57,613 bases of DNA, filler included, from Callorhinchus milii (GCF_018977255.1; 2 parts of 2 records of this genome joined end to end with filler, not necessarily neighbours in it); one strand, 5' to 3'. Counted from the first letter of the whole stretch, positions 28,769 through 44,705 are shown. The notes: generated by a model not told the origin, from the sequence alone. Made by a program: numbers and translations.

Positions 28769-28868
28769 NNNNNNNNNNNNNNNNNNNNNNNNNNNNNNNN
28801 NNNNNNNNNNNNTTAATTAATTAANNNNNNNNNNNNNNNNNNNNNNNNNNNNNNNNNNNNNNNNNNNN
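28769..28868. other. Artificial 100-bp contig-joining spacer (44 N + TTAATTAATTAA + 44 N)
   Basis: Symmetric Ns around a palindrome with stops in all six frames. Confidence 0.95.
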
Positions 28869-31800
28869 TGGTCAGACAGTGCGGATGGTGCAGACAGTGC
28901 GGATGGTCAGACAGTGCGGATGGTCAGACAGTGCGGATGGTCAGACAGTGCGGATGGTGCAGACAGTGCGGATGGTCAGACAGTGCGGATGGTCAGACAG
29001 TGCGGATGGTCAGACAGTGCGGATGGTCAGACAGTGCGGATGGTCAGACAGTGCGGATGGTCAGACAGTGCGGATGGTCAGACAGTGCGGATGGTCAGAC
29101 AGTGCGGATGGTCAGACAGTGCGGATGGTCAGACAGTGCGGATGGTCAGACAGTGCGGATGGTCAGACAGTGCGGATGGTCAGACAGTGCGGATGGTCAG
29201 ACAGTGCGGATGGTCAGACAGTGCGGATGGTCAGACAGTGCGGATGGTCAGACAGTGCGGATGGTCAGACAGTGCGGATGGTCAGACAGTGCGGATGGTC
29301 AGACAGTGCGGATTGGGCAGACAGTGCGGATGGTCAGACAGTGCGGATGGTCAGACAGTGCGGATGGTCAGACAGTGCGGATGGTCAGACAGTGCGGATG
29401 GTCAGACAGTGCGGATGGTCAGACAGTGCGGATGGTCAGACAGTGCGGATGGCGCAGACAGTGCGGATGGTCAGACAGTGCGGATGGTCAGACAGTGCGG
29501 ATGGTCAGACAGTGCGGATGGTCAGACAGTGCGGATGGTCAGACAGTGCGGATGGTCAGACAGTGCGGATGGTCAGACAGTGCGGATGGTCAGACAGTGC
29601 GGATGGTCAGACAGTGCGGATGGTCAGACAGTGCGGATGGTCAGACAGTGCGGATGGTCAGACAGTGCGGATGGTCAGACAGTGCGGATGGTCAGACAGT
29701 GCGGATGGTCAGACAGTGCGGATGGTCAGACAGTGCGGATGGTCAGACAGTGCGGATGGTCAGACAGTGCGGATGGTCAGACAGTGCGGATGGTCAGACA
29801 GTGCGGATGGTCAGACAGTGCGGATGGTCAGACAGTGCGGATGGTCAGACAGTGCGGATGGTCAGACAGTGCGGATGGTCAGACAGTGCGGATGGTCAGA
29901 CAGTGCGGATGGTCAGACAGTGCGGATGGTCAGACAGTGCGGATGGTCAGACAGTGCGGATGGTCAGACAGTGCGGATGGTCAGACAGTGCGGATGGTCA
30001 GACAGTGCGGATGGTCAGACAGTGCGGATGGTCAGACAGTGCGGATGGTCAGACAGTGCGGATGGTCAGACAGTGCGGATGGTCAGACAGTGCGGATGGT
30101 CAGACAGTGCGGATGGTCAGACAGTGCGGATGGCGCAGACAGTGCGGATGGTCAGACAGTGCGGATGGTCAGACAGTGCGGATGGTCAGACAGTGCGGAT
30201 GGTCAGACAGTGCGGATGGTCAGACAGTGCGGATGGTCAGACAGTGCGGATGGTCAGACAGTGCGGATGGTCAGACAGTGCGGATGGTCAGACAGTGCGG
30301 ATGGTCAGACAGTGCGGATGGTCAGACAGTGCGGATGGTCAGACAGTGCGGATGGTCAGACAGTGCGGATGGTCAGACAGTGCGGATGGTCAGACAGTGC
30401 GGATGGTCAGACAGTGCGGATGGTCAGACAGTGCGGATGGTCAGACAGTGCGGATTGGGCAGACAGTGCGGATGGTCAGACAGTGCGGATGGTCAGACAG
30501 TGCGGATGGTCAGACAGTGCGGATGGTCAGACAGTGCGGATGGTCAGACAGTGCGGATGGTCAGACAGTGCGGATGGTCAGACAGTGCGGATGGTCAGAC
30601 AGTGCGGATGGTCAGACAGTGCGGATGGTCAGACAGTGCGGATGGTCAGACAGTGCGGATGGTCAGACAGTGCGGATGGTCAGACAGTGCGGATGGTCAG
30701 ACAGTGCGGATGGTCAGACAGTGCGGATGGTCAGACAGTGCGGATGGTCAGACAGTGCGGATGGTCAGACAGTGCGGATGGTCAGACAGTGCGGATGGTC
30801 AGACAGTGCGGATGGTCAGACAGTGCGGATGGTCAGACAGTGCGGATGGTCAGACAGTGCGGATGGTCAGACAGTGCGGATGGTCAGACAGTGCGGATGG
30901 TCAGACAGTGCTGATGGTCAGACAGTGCGGATGGTCAGACAGTGCGGATGGTCAGACAGTGCGGATGGTCAGATAGTGCGGGCGGTCAGACAGTGCGGAT
31001 GGTCAGACAGTGCGGATGGTCAGACAGTGCGGATGGTCAGACAGTGCGGATGGTCAGACAGTGCGGATGGTCAGACAGTGCGGATGGTCAGACAGTGCGG
31101 ATGGTCAGACAGTGCGGATGGTCAGACAGTGCGGATGGTGCAGACAGTGCGGATGGTCAGACAGTGCGGATGGTCAGACAGTGCGGATGGTCAGACAGTG
31201 CGGATGGTCAGACAGTGCGGATGGTGCAGACAGTGCGGATGGTCAGACAGTGCGGATGGTCAGACAGTGCGGATGGTCAGACAGTGCGGATGGTCAGACA
31301 GTGCGGATGGTCAGACAGTGCGGATGGTCAGACAGTGCGGATGGTCAGACAGTGCGGATGGTCAGACAGTGCGGATGGTCAGACAGTGCGGATGGTCAGA
31401 CAGTGCGGATGGTCAGACAGTGCGGATGGTCAGACAGTGCGGATGGTCAGACAGTGCGGATGGTCAGACAGTGCGGATGGTCAGACAGTGCGGATGGTCA
31501 GACAGTGCGGATGGTCAGACAGTGCGGATGGTCAGACAGTGCGGATGGTGCAGACAGTGCGGATGGTCAGACAGTGCGGATGGTCAGACAGTGCGGATGG
31601 TCAGACAGTGCGGATGGTCAGACAGTGCGGATGGTCAGACAGTGCGGATGGTCAGACAGTGCGGATGGTCAGACAGTGCGGATGGTCAGACAGTGCGGAT
31701 GGTCAGACAGTGCGGATGGTCAGACAGTGCGGATGGTCAGACAGTGCGGATGGTCAGACAGTGCGGATGGTCAGACAGTGCGGATGGTCAGACAGTGCGG

Positions 31801-32602
31801 ATGGTCAGACAGTGCGGATGGTCAGACAGTGCGGATGGTCAGACAGTGCGGATGGTCAGACAGTGCGGATGGTCAGACAGTGCGGATGGTCAGACAGTGC
31901 GGATGGTCAGACAGTGCGGATGGTCAGACAGTGCGGATGGTCAGACAGTGCGGATGGTCAGACAGTGCGGATGGTCAGACAGTGCGGATGGTCAGACAGT
32001 GCGGATGGTCAGACAGTGCGGATGGTCAGACAGTGCGGATGGTCAGACAGTGCGGATGGTCAGACAGTGCGGATGGTCAGACAGTGCGGATGGTCAGACA
32101 GTGCGGATGGTCAGACAGTGCGGATGGTCAGACAGTGCGGATGGTCAGACAGTGCGGATGGTCAGACAGTGCGGATGGTCAGACAGTGCGGATGGTCAGA
32201 CAGTGCGGATGGTCAGACAGTGCGGATGGTCAGACAGTGCGGATGGTGCAGACAGTGCGGATGGTCAGACAGTGCGGATGGTGCAGACAGTGCGGATGGT
32301 CAGACAGTGCGGATGGTCAGACAGTGCGGATGGTCAGACAGTGCGGATGGTCAGACAGTGCGGATGGTCAGACAGTGCGGATGGTCAGACAGTGCGGATG
32401 GTCAGACAGTGCGGATGGTCAGACAGTGCGGATGGTCAGACAGTGCGGATGGTCAGACAGTGCGGATGGTCAGACAGTGCGGATGGTCAGACAGTGCGGA
32501 TGGTCAGACAGTGCGGATGGTCAGACAGTGCGGATGGTCAGACAGTGCGGATGGTCAGACAGTGCGGATGGTCAGACAGTGCGGATGGTCAGACAGTGCG
32601 GA
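28869..32602 (+). repeat. 17-bp satellite (TGGTCAGACAGTGCGGA)n, block 1
   Basis: About 220 units with occasional 18-bp variants. Confidence 0.98.
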
Positions 32603-32603
32603 T

Positions 32604-35600
32604 TCCGCACTGTCTGACCATCCGCACTGTCTGACCATCCGCACTGTCTGACCATCCGCACTGTCTGACCATCCGCACTGTCTGCACCATCCGCACTGTC
32701 TGACCATCCGCACTGTCTGACCATCCGCACTGTCTGACCATCCGCACTGTCTGACCATCCGCACTGTCTGCACCATCCGCACTGTCTGACCATCCGCACT
32801 GTCTGACCATCCGCACTGTCTGACCATCCGCACTGTCTGACCATCCGCACTGTCTGCACCATCCGCACTGTCTGACCATCCGCACTGTCTGACCATCCGC
32901 ACTGTCTGACCATCCGCACTGTCTGACCATCCGCACTGTCTGACCATCCGCACTGTCTGACCATCCGCACTGTCTGACCATCCGCACTGTCTGACCATCC
33001 GCACTGTCTGACCATCCGCACTGTCTGACCATCCGCACTGTCTGACCATCCGCACTGTCTGACCATCCGCACTGTCTGACCATCCGCACTGTCTGACCAT
33101 CCGCACTGTCTGACCATCCGCACTGTCTGACCATCCGCACTGTCTGACCATCCGCACTGTCTGACCATCCGCACTGTCTGACCATCCGCACTGTCTGACC
33201 ATCCGCACTGTCTGACCATCCGCACTGTCTGACCATCCGCACTGTCTGACCATCCGCACTGTCTGACCATCCGCACTGTCTGACCATCCGCACTGTCTGA
33301 CCATCCGCACTGTCTGACCATCCGCACTGTCTGACCATCCGCACTGTCTGACCATCCGCACTGTCTGACCATCCGCACTGTCTGACCATCCGCACTGTCT
33401 GACCATCCGCACTGTCTGACCATCCGCACTGTCTGACCATCCGCACTGTCTGACCATCCGCACTGTCTGACCATCCGCACTGTCTGACCATCCGCACTGT
33501 CTGACCATCCGCACTGTCTGACCATCCGCACTGTCTGACCATCCGCACTGTCTGACCATCCGCACTGTCTGACCATCCGCACTGTCTGACCATCCGCACT
33601 GTCTGACCATCCGCACTGTCTGACCATCCGCACTGTCTGACCATCCGCACTGTCTGACCATCCGCACTGTCTGACCATCCGCACTGTCTGACCATCCGCA
33701 CTGTCTGACCATCCGCACTGTCTGACCATCCGCACTGTCTGACCATCCGCACTGTCTGACCATCCGCACTGTCTGACCATCCGCACTGTCTGACCATCCG
33801 CACTGTCTGACCATCCGCACTGTCTGACCATCCGCACTGTCTGACCATCCGCACTGTCTGACCATCCGCACTGTCTGACCATCCGCACTGTCTGACCATC
33901 CGCACTGTCTGACCATCCGCACTGTCTGACCATCCGCACTGTCTGACCATCCGCACTGTCTGACCATCCGCACTGTCTGACCATCCGCACTGTCTGACCA
34001 TCCGCACTGTCTGACCATCCGCACTGTCTGACCATCCGCACTGTCTGACCATCCGCACTGTCTGACCATCCGCACTGTCTGACCATCCGCACTGTCTGAC
34101 CATCCGCACTGTCTGACCATCCGCACTGTCTGACCATCCGCACTGTCTGACCATCCGCACTGTCTGCACCATCCGCACTGTCTGACCATCCGCACTGTCT
34201 GACCATCCGCACTGTCTGACCATCCGCACTGTCTGACCATCCGCACTGTCTGACCATCCGCACTGTCTGACCATCCGCACTGTCTGACCATCCGCACTGT
34301 CTGACCATCCGCACTGTCTGACCATCCGCACTGTCTGACCATCCGCACTGTCTGACCATCCGCACTGTCTGACCATCCGCACTGTCTGACCATCCGCACT
34401 GTCTGACCATCCGCACTGTCTGACCATCCGCACTGTCTGACCATCCGCACTGTCTGACCATCCGCACTGTCTGACCATCCGCACTGTCTTCACCATCCGC
34501 ACTGTCTGACCATCCGCACTGTCTGACCATCCGCACTGTCTGACCATCCGCACTGTCTGACCATCCGCACTGTCTGACCATCCGCACTGTCTGACCATCC
34601 GCACTGTCTGACCATCCGCACTGTCTGACCATCCGCACTGTCTGACCATCCGCACTGTCTGACCATCCGCACTGTCTGACCATCCGCACTGTCTGACCAT
34701 CCGCACTGTCTGACCATCCGCACTGTCTGACCATCCGCACTGTCTGACCATCCGCACTGTCTGACCATCCGCACTGTCTGACCATCCGCACTGTCTGACC
34801 ATCCGCACTGTCTGACCATCCGCACTGTCTGACCATCCGCACTGTCTGACCATCCGCACTGTCTGACCATCCGCACTGTCTGACCATCCGCACTGTCTGA
34901 CCATCCGCACTGTCTGACCATCCGCACTGTCTGACCATCCGCACTGTCTGACCATCCGCACTGTCTGACCATCCGCACTGTCTGACCATCCGCACTGTCT
35001 GACCATCCGCACTGTCTGACCATCCGCACTGTCTGACCATCCGCACTGTCTGACCATCCGCACTGTCTGACCATCCGCACTGTCTGACCATCCGCACTGT
35101 CTGACCATCCGCACTGTCTGACCATCCGCACTGTCTGACCATCCGCACTGTCTGACCATCCGCACTGTCTGACCATCCGCACTGTCTGACCATCCGCACT
35201 GTCTGACCATCCGCACTGTCTGCACCATCCGCACTGTCTGACCATCCGCACTGTCTGACCATCCGCACTGTCTGACCATCCGCACTGTCTGACCATCCGC
35301 ACTGTCTGACCATCCGCACTGTCTGACCATCCGCACTGTCTGACCATCCGCACTGTCTGACCATCCGCACTGTCTGACCATCCGCACTGTCTGACCATCC
35401 GCACTGTCTGACCATCCGCACTGTCTGACCATCCGCACTGTCTGACCATCCGCACTGTCTGACCATCCGCACTGTCTGACCATCCGCACTGTCTGACCAT
35501 CCGCACTGTCTGACCATCCGCACTGTCTGACCATCCGCACTGTCTGACCATCCGCACTGTCTGACCATCCGCACTGTCTGACCATCCGCACTGTCTGACC

Positions 35601-38600
35601 ATCCGCACTGTCTGACCATCCGCACTGTCTGACCATCCGCACTGTCTGACCATCCGCACTGTCTGACCATCCGCACTGTCTGACCATCCGCACTGTCTGA
35701 CCATCCGCACTGTCTGACCATCCGCACTGTCTGACCATCCGCACTGTCTGACCATCCGCACTGTCTGACCATCCGCACTGTCTGACCATCCGCACTGTCT
35801 GACCATCCGCACTGTCTGACCATCCGCACTGTCTGACCATCCGCACTGTCTGACCATCCGCACTGTCTGACCATCCGCACTGTCTGACCATCCGCACTGT
35901 CTGACCATCCGCACTGTCTGACCATCCGCACTGTCTGACCATCCGCACTGTCTGACCATCCGCACTGTCTGACCATCCGCACTGTCTGACCATCCGCACT
36001 GTCTGACCATCCGCACTGTCTGACCATCCGCACTGTCTGACCATCCGCACTGTCTGACCATCCGCACTGTCTGACCATCCGCACTGTCTGACCATCCGCA
36101 CTGTCTGACCATCCGCACTGTCTGACCATCCGCACTGTCTGACCATCCGCACTGTCTGACCATCCGCACTGTCTGACCATCCGCACTGTCTGACCATCCG
36201 CACTGTCTGACCATCCGCACTGTCTGACCATCCGCACTGTCTGACCATCCGCACTGTCTGACCATCCGCACTGTCTGACCATCCGCACTGTCTGACCATC
36301 CGCACTGTCTGACCATCCGCACTGTCTGACCATCCGCACTGTCTGACCATCCGCACTGTCTGACCATCCGCACTGTCTGACCATCCGCACTGTCTGACCA
36401 TCCGCACTGTCTGACCATCCGCACTGTCTGACCATCCGCACTGTCTGACCATCCGCACTGTCTGACCATCCGCACTGTCTGACCATCCGCACTGTCTGAC
36501 CATCCGCACTGTCTGACCATCCGCACTGTCTGACCATCCGCACTGTCTGACCATCCGCACTGTCTGACCATCCGCACTGTCTGACCATCCGCACTGTCTG
36601 ACCATCCGCACTGTCTGACCATCCGCACTGTCTGACCATCCGCACTGTCTGACCATCCGCACTGTCTGACCATCCGCACTGTCTGACCATCCGCACTGTC
36701 TGACCATCCGCACTGTCTGACCATCCGCACTGTCTGACCATCCGCACTGTCTGACCATCCGCACTGTCTGACCATCCGCACTGTCTGACCATCCGCACTG
36801 TCTGACCATCCGCACTGTCTGACCATCCGCACTGTCTGACCATCCGCACTGTCTGACCATCCGCACTGTCTGACCATCCGCACTGTCTGACCATCCGCAC
36901 TGTCTGACCATCCGCACTGTCTGACCATCCGCACTGTCTGACCATCCGCACTGTCTGACCATCCGCACTGTCTGACCATCCGCACTGTCTGACCATCCGC
37001 ACTGTCTGACCATCCGCACTGTCTGACCATCCGCACTGTCTGACCATCCGCACTGTCTGACCATCCGCACTGTCTGACCATCCGCACTGTCTGACCATCC
37101 GCACTGTCTGACCATCCGCACTGTCTGACCATCCGCACTGTCTGACCATCCGCACTGTCTGACCATCCGCACTGTCTGACCATCCGCACTGTCTGACCAT
37201 CCGCACTGTCTGACCATCCGCACTGTCTGACCATCCGCACTGTCTGACCATCCGCACTGTCTGACCATCCGCACTGTCTGACCATCCGCACTGTCTGACC
37301 ATCCGCACTGTCTGACCATCCGCACTGTCTGACCATCCGCACTGTCTGACCATCCGCACTGTCTGACCATCCGCACTGTCTGACCATCCGCACTGTCTGA
37401 CCATCCGCACTGTCTGACCATCCGCACTGTCTGACCATCCGCACTGTCTGACCATCCGCACTGTCTGACCATCCGCACTGTCTGACCATCCGCACTGTCT
37501 GACCATCCGCACTGTCTGACCATCCGCACTGTCTGACCATCCGCACTGTCTGACCATCCGCACTGTCTGACCATCCGCACTGTCTGACCATCCGCACTGT
37601 CTGACCATCCGCACTGTCTGACCATCCGCACTGTCTGACCATCCGCACTGTCTGACCATCCGCACTGTCTGACCATCCGCACTGTCTGACCATCCGCACT
37701 GTCTGACCATCCGCACTGTCTGACCATCCGCACTGTCTGACCATCCGCACTGTCTGACCATCCGCACTGTCTGACCATCCGCACTGTCTGACCATCCGCA
37801 CTGTCTGACCATCCGCACTGTCTGACCATCCGCACTGTCTGACCATCCGCACTGTCTGACCATCCGCACTGTCTGACCATCCGCACTGTCTGACCATCCG
37901 CACTGTCTGACCATCCGCACTGTCTGACCATCCGCACTGTCTGACCATCCGCACTGTCTGACCATCCGCACTGTCTGACCATCCGCACTGTCTGACCATC
38001 CGCACTGTCTGACCATCCGCACTGTCTGACCATCCGCACTGTCTGACCATCCGCACTGTCTGACCATCCGCACTGTCTGACCATCCGCACTGTCTGACCA
38101 TCCGCACTGTCTGACCATCCGCACTGTCTGACCATCCGCACTGTCTGACCATCCGCACTGTCTGACCATCCGCACTGTCTGACCATCCGCACTGTCTGAC
38201 CATCCGCACTGTCTGACCATCCGCACTGTCTGACCATCCGCACTGTCTGACCATCCGCACTGTCTGACCATCCGCACTGTCTGACCATCCGCACTGTCTG
38301 ACCATCCGCACTGTCTGACCATCCGCACTGTCTGACCATCCGCACTGTCTGACCATCCGCACTGTCTGACCATCCGCACTGTCTGACCATCCGCACTGTC
38401 TGACCATCCGCACTGTCTGACCATCCGCACTGTCTGACCATCCGCACTGTCTGACCATCCGCACTGTCTGACCATCCGCACTGTCTGACCATCCGCACTG
38501 TCTGACCATCCGCACTGTCTGACCATCCGCACTGTCTGACCATCCGCACTGTCTGACCATCCGCACTGTCTGACCATCCGCACTGTCTGACCATCCGCAC

Positions 38601-41600
38601 TGTCTGACCATCCGCACTGTCTGACCATCCGCACTGTCTGACCATCCGCACTGTCTGACCATCCGCACTGTCTGACCATCCGCACTGTCTGAACATCCGC
38701 ACTGTCTGACCATCCGCACTGTCTGACCATCCGCACTGTCTGACCATCCGCACTGTCTGACCATCCGCACTGTCTGACCATCCGCACTGTCTGACCATCC
38801 GCACTGTCTGACCATCCGCACTGTCTGACCATCCGCACTGTCTGACCATCCGCACTGTCTGACCATCCGCACTGTCTGACCATCCGCACTGTCTGACCAT
38901 CCGCACTGTCTGACCATCCGCACTGTCTGACCATCCGCACTGTCTGACCATCCGCACTGTCTGACCATCCGCACTGTCTGACCATCCGCACTGTCTGACC
39001 ATCCGCACTGTCTGACCATCCGCACTGTCTGACCATCCGCACTGTCTGACCATCCGCACTGTCTGACCATCCGCACTGTCTGACCATCCGCACTGTCTGA
39101 CCATCCGCACTGTCTGACCATCCGCACTGTCTGACCATCCGCACTGTCTGACCATCCGCACTGTCTGACCATCCGCACTGTCTGACCATCCGCACTGTCT
39201 GACCATCCGCACTGTCTGACCATCCGCACTGTCTGACCATCCGCACTGTCTGACCATCCGCACTGTCTGACCATCCGCACTGTCTGACCATCCGCACTGT
39301 CTGACCATCCGCACTGTCTGACCATCCGCACTGTCTGACCATCCGCACTGTCTGACCATCCGCACTGTCTGACCATCCGCACTGTCTGACCATCCGCACT
39401 GTCTGACCATCCGCACTGTCTGACCATCCGCACTGTCTGACCATCCGCACTGTCTGACCATCCGCACTGTCTGACCATCCGCACTGTCTGACCATCCGCA
39501 CTGTCTGACCATCCGCACTGTCTGACCATCCGCACTGTCTGACCATCCGCACTGTCTGACCATCCGCACTGTCTGACCATCCGCACTGTCTGACCATCCG
39601 CACTGTCTGACCATCCGCACTGTCTGACCATCCGCACTGTCTGACCATCCGCACTGTCTGACCATCCGCACTGTCTGACCATCCGCACTGTCTGACCATC
39701 CGCACTGTCTGACCATCCGCACTGTCTGACCATCCGCACTGTCTGACCATCCGCACTGTCTGACCATCCGCACTGTCTGACCATCCGCACTGTCTGACCA
39801 TCCGCACTGTCTGACCATCCGCACTGTCTGACCATCCGCACTGTCTGACCATCCGCACTGTCTGACCATCCGCACTGTCTGACCATCCGCACTGTCTGAC
39901 CATCCGCACTGTCTGACCATCCGCACTGTCTGACCATCCGCACTGTCTGACCATCCGCACTGTCTGACCATCCGCACTGTCTGACCATCCGCACTGTCTG
40001 ACCATCCGCACTGTCTGACCATCCGCACTGTCTGACCATCCGCACTGTCTGACCATCCGCACTGTCTGACCATCCGCACTGTCTGACCATCCGCACTGTC
40101 TGACCATCCGCACTGTCTGACCATCCGCACTGTCTGACCATCCGCACTGTCTGACCATCCGCACTGTCTGACCATCCGCACTGTCTGACCATCCGCACTG
40201 TCTGACCATCCGCACTGTCTGACCATCCGCACTGTCTGACCATCCGCACTGTCTGACCATCCGCACTGTCTGACCATCCGCACTGTCTGACCATCCGCAC
40301 TGTCTGACCATCCGCACTGTCTGACCATCCGCACTGTCTGACCATCCGCACTGTCTGACCATCCGCACTGTCTGACCATCCGCACTGTCTGACCATCCGC
40401 ACTGTCTGACCATCCGCACTGTCTGACCATCCGCACTGTCTGACCATCCGCACTGTCTGACCATCCGCACTGTCTGACCATCCGCACTGTCTGACCATCC
40501 GCACTGTCTGACCATCCGCACTGTCTGACCATCCGCACTGTCTGACCATCCGCACTGTCTGACCATCCGCACTGTCTGACCATCCGCACTGTCTGACCAT
40601 CCGCACTGTCTGAACATCCGCACTGTCTGACCATCCGCACTGTCTGACCATCCGCACTGTCTGACCATCCGCACTGTCTGACCATCCGCACTGTCTGACC
40701 ATCCGCACTGTCTGACCATCCGCACTGTCTGACCATCCGCACTGTCTGACCATCCGCACTGTCTGACCATCCGCACTGTCTGACCATCCGCACTGTCTGA
40801 CCATCCGCACTGTCTGACCATCCGCACTGTCTGACCATCCGCACTGTCTGACCATCCGCACTGTCTGACCATCCGCACTGTCTGACCATCCGCACTGTCT
40901 GACCATCCGCACTGTCTGACCATCCGCACTGTCTGACCATCCGCACTGTCTGACCATCCGCACTGTCTGACCATCCGCACTGTCTGACCATCCGCACTGT
41001 CTGACCATCCGCACTGTCTGACCATCCGCACTGTCTGACCATCCGCACTGTCTGACCATCCGCACTGTCTGACCATCCGCACTGTCTGACCATCCGCACT
41101 GTCTGACCATCCGCACTGTCTGACCATCCGCACTGTCTGACCATCCGCACTGTCTGACCATCCGCACTGTCTGACCATCCGCACTGTCTGACCATCCGCA
41201 CTGTCTGACCATCCGCACTGTCTGACCATCCGCACTGTCTGACCATCCGCACTGTCTGACCATCCGCACTGTCTGACCATCCGCACTGTCTGACCATCCG
41301 CACTGTCTGACCATCCGCACTGTCTGACCATCCGCACTGTCTGACCATCCGCACTGTCTGACCATCCGCACTGTCTGACCATCCGCACTGTCTGACCATC
41401 CGCACTGTCTGACCATCCGCACTGTCTGACCATCCGCACTGTCTGACCATCCGCACTGTCTGACCATCCGCACTGTCTGACCATCCGCACTGTCTGACCA
41501 TCCGCACTGTCTGACCATCCGCACTGTCTGACCATCCGCACTGTCTGACCATCCGCACTGTCTGACCATCCGCACTGTCTGACCATCCGCACTGTCTGAC

Positions 41601-44600
41601 CATCCGCACTGTCTGACCATCCGCACTGTCTGACCATCCGCACTGTCTGACCATCCGCACTGTCTGACCATCCGCACTGTCTGACCATCCGCACTGTCTG
41701 ACCATCCGCACTGTCTGACCATCCGCACTGTCTGACCATCCGCACTGTCTGACCATCCGCACTGTCTGACCATCCGCACTGTCTGACCATCCGCACTGTC
41801 TGACCATCCGCACTGTCTGACCATCCGCACTGTCTGACCATCCGCACTGTCTGACCATCCGCACTGTCTGACCATCCGCACTGTCTGACCATCCGCACTG
41901 TCTGACCATCCGCACTGTCTGACCATCCGCACTGTCTGACCATCCGCACTGTCTGACCATCCGCACTGTCTGACCATCCGCACTGTCTGACCATCCGCAC
42001 TGTCTGACCATCCGCACTGTCTGACCATCCGCACTGTCTGACCATCCGCACTGTCTGACCATCCGCACTGTCTGACCATCCGCACTGTCTGACCATCCGC
42101 ACTGTCTGACCATCCGCACTGTCTGACCATCCGCACTGTCTGACCATCCGCACTGTCTGACCATCCGCACTGTCTGACCATCCGCACTGTCTGACCATCC
42201 GCACTGTCTGACCATCCGCACTGTCTGACCATCCGCACTGTCTGACCATCCGCACTGTCTGACCATCCGCACTGTCTGACCATCCGCACTGTCTGACCAT
42301 CCGCACTGTCTGACCATCCGCACTGTCTGACCATCCGCACTGTCTGACCATCCGCACTGTCTGACCATCCGCACTGTCTGACCATCCGCACTGTCTGACC
42401 ATCCGCACTGTCTGACCATCCGCACTGTCTGACCATCCGCACTGTCTGACCATCCGCACTGTCTGACCATCCGCACTGTCTGACCATCCGCACTGTCTGA
42501 CCATCCGCACTGTCTGACCATCCGCACTGTCTGACCATCCGCACTGTCTGACCATCCGCACTGTCTGACCATCCGCACTGTCTGACCATCCGCACTGTCT
42601 GACCATCCGCACTGTCTGACCATCCGCACTGTCTGACCATCCGCACTGTCTGACCATCCGCACTGTCTGACCATCCGCACTGTCTGACCATCCGCACTGT
42701 CTGACCATCCGCACTGTCTGACCATCCGCACTGTCTGACCATCCGCACTGTCTGACCATCCGCACTGTCTGACCATCCGCACTGTCTGACCATCCGCACT
42801 GTCTGACCATCCGCACTGTCTGACCATCCGCACTGTCTGACCATCCGCACTGTCTGACCATCCGCACTGTCTGACCATCCGCACTGTCTGACCATCCGCA
42901 CTGTCTGACCATCCGCACTGTCTGACCATCCGCACTGTCTGACCATCCGCACTGTCTGACCATCCGCACTGTCTGACCATCCGCACTGTCTGACCATCCG
43001 CACTGTCTGACCATCCGCACTGTCTGACCATCCGCACTGTCTGACCATCCGCACTGTCTGACCATCCGCACTGTCTGACCATCCGCACTGTCTGACCATC
43101 CGCACTGTCTGACCATCCGCACTGTCTGACCATCCGCACTGTCTGACCATCCGCACTGTCTGACCATCCGCACTGTCTGACCATCCGCACTGTCTGACCA
43201 TCCGCACTGTCTGACCATCCGCACTGTCTGACCATCCGCACTGTCTGACCATCCGCACTGTCTGACCATCCGCACTGTCTGACCATCCGCACTGTCTGAC
43301 CATCCGCACTGTCTGACCATCCGCACTGTCTGACCATCCGCACTGTCTGACCATCCGCACTGTCTGACCATCCGCACTGTCTGACCATCCGCACTGTCTG
43401 ACCATCCGCACTGTCTGACCATCCGCACTGTCTGACCATCCGCACTGTCTGACCATCCGCACTGTCTGACCATCCGCACTGTCTGACCATCCGCACTGTC
43501 TGACCATCCGCACTGTCTGACCATCCGCACTGTCTGACCATCCGCACTGTCTGACCATCCGCACTGTCTGACCATCCGCACTGTCTGACCATCCGCACTG
43601 TCTGACCATCCGCACTGTCTGACCATCCGCACTGTCTGACCATCCGCACTGTCTGACCATCCGCACTGTCTGACCATCCGCACTGTCTGACCATCCGCAC
43701 TGTCTGACCATCCGCACTGTCTGACCATCCGCACTGTCTGACCATCCGCACTGTCTGACCATCCGCACTGTCTGACCATCCGCACTGTCTGACCATCCGC
43801 ACTGTCTGACCATCCGCACTGTCTGACCATCCGCACTGTCTGACCATCCGCACTGTCTGACCATCCGCACTGTCTGACCATCCGCACTGTCTGCACCATC
43901 CGCACTGTCTGACCATCCGCACTGTCTGACCATCCGCACTGTCTGACCATCCGCACTGTCTGACCATCCGCACTGTCTGACCATCCGCACTGTCTGACCA
44001 TCCGCACTGTCTGACCATCCGCACTGTCTGACCATCCGCACTGTCTGACCATCCGCACTGTCTGACCATCCGCACTGTCTGACCATCCGCACTGTCTGAC
44101 CATCCGCACTGTCTGACCATCCGCACTGTCTGACCATCCGCACTGTCTGACCATCCGCACTGTCTGACCATCCGCACTGTCTGACCATCCGCACTGTCTG
44201 ACCATCCGCACTGTCTGACCATCCGCACTGTCTGACCATCCGCACTGTCTGACCATCCGCACTGTCTGACCATCCGCACTGTCTGACCATCCGCACTGTC
44301 TGACCATCCGCACTGTCTGACCATCCGCACTGTCTGACCATCCGCACTGTCTGACCATCCGCACTGTCTGACCATCCGCACTGTCTGACCATCCGCACTG
44401 TCTGACCATCCGCACTGTCTGACCATCCGCACTGTCTGACCATCCGCACTGTCTGACCATCCGCACTGTCTGACCATCCGCACTGTCTGACCATCCGCAC
44501 TGTCTGACCATCCGCACTGTCTGACCATCCGCACTGTCTGACCATCCGCACTGTCTGACCATCCGCACTGTCTGACCATCCGCACTGTCTGACCATCCGC

Positions 44601-44680
44601 ACTGTCTGACCATCCGCACTGTCTGACCATCCGCACTGTCTGACCATCCGCACTGTCTGACCATCCGCACTGTCTGACCA
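32604..44680 (-). repeat. 17-bp satellite, block 2 (inverted)
   Basis: (TCCGCACTGTCTGACCA)n, about 710 units, nearly invariant. Confidence 0.98.
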
Positions 44681-44705
44681 NNNNNNNNNNNNNNNNNNNN
44701 NNNNN
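44681..44705. other. 25-N assembly gap
   Basis: N run. Confidence 0.98.
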
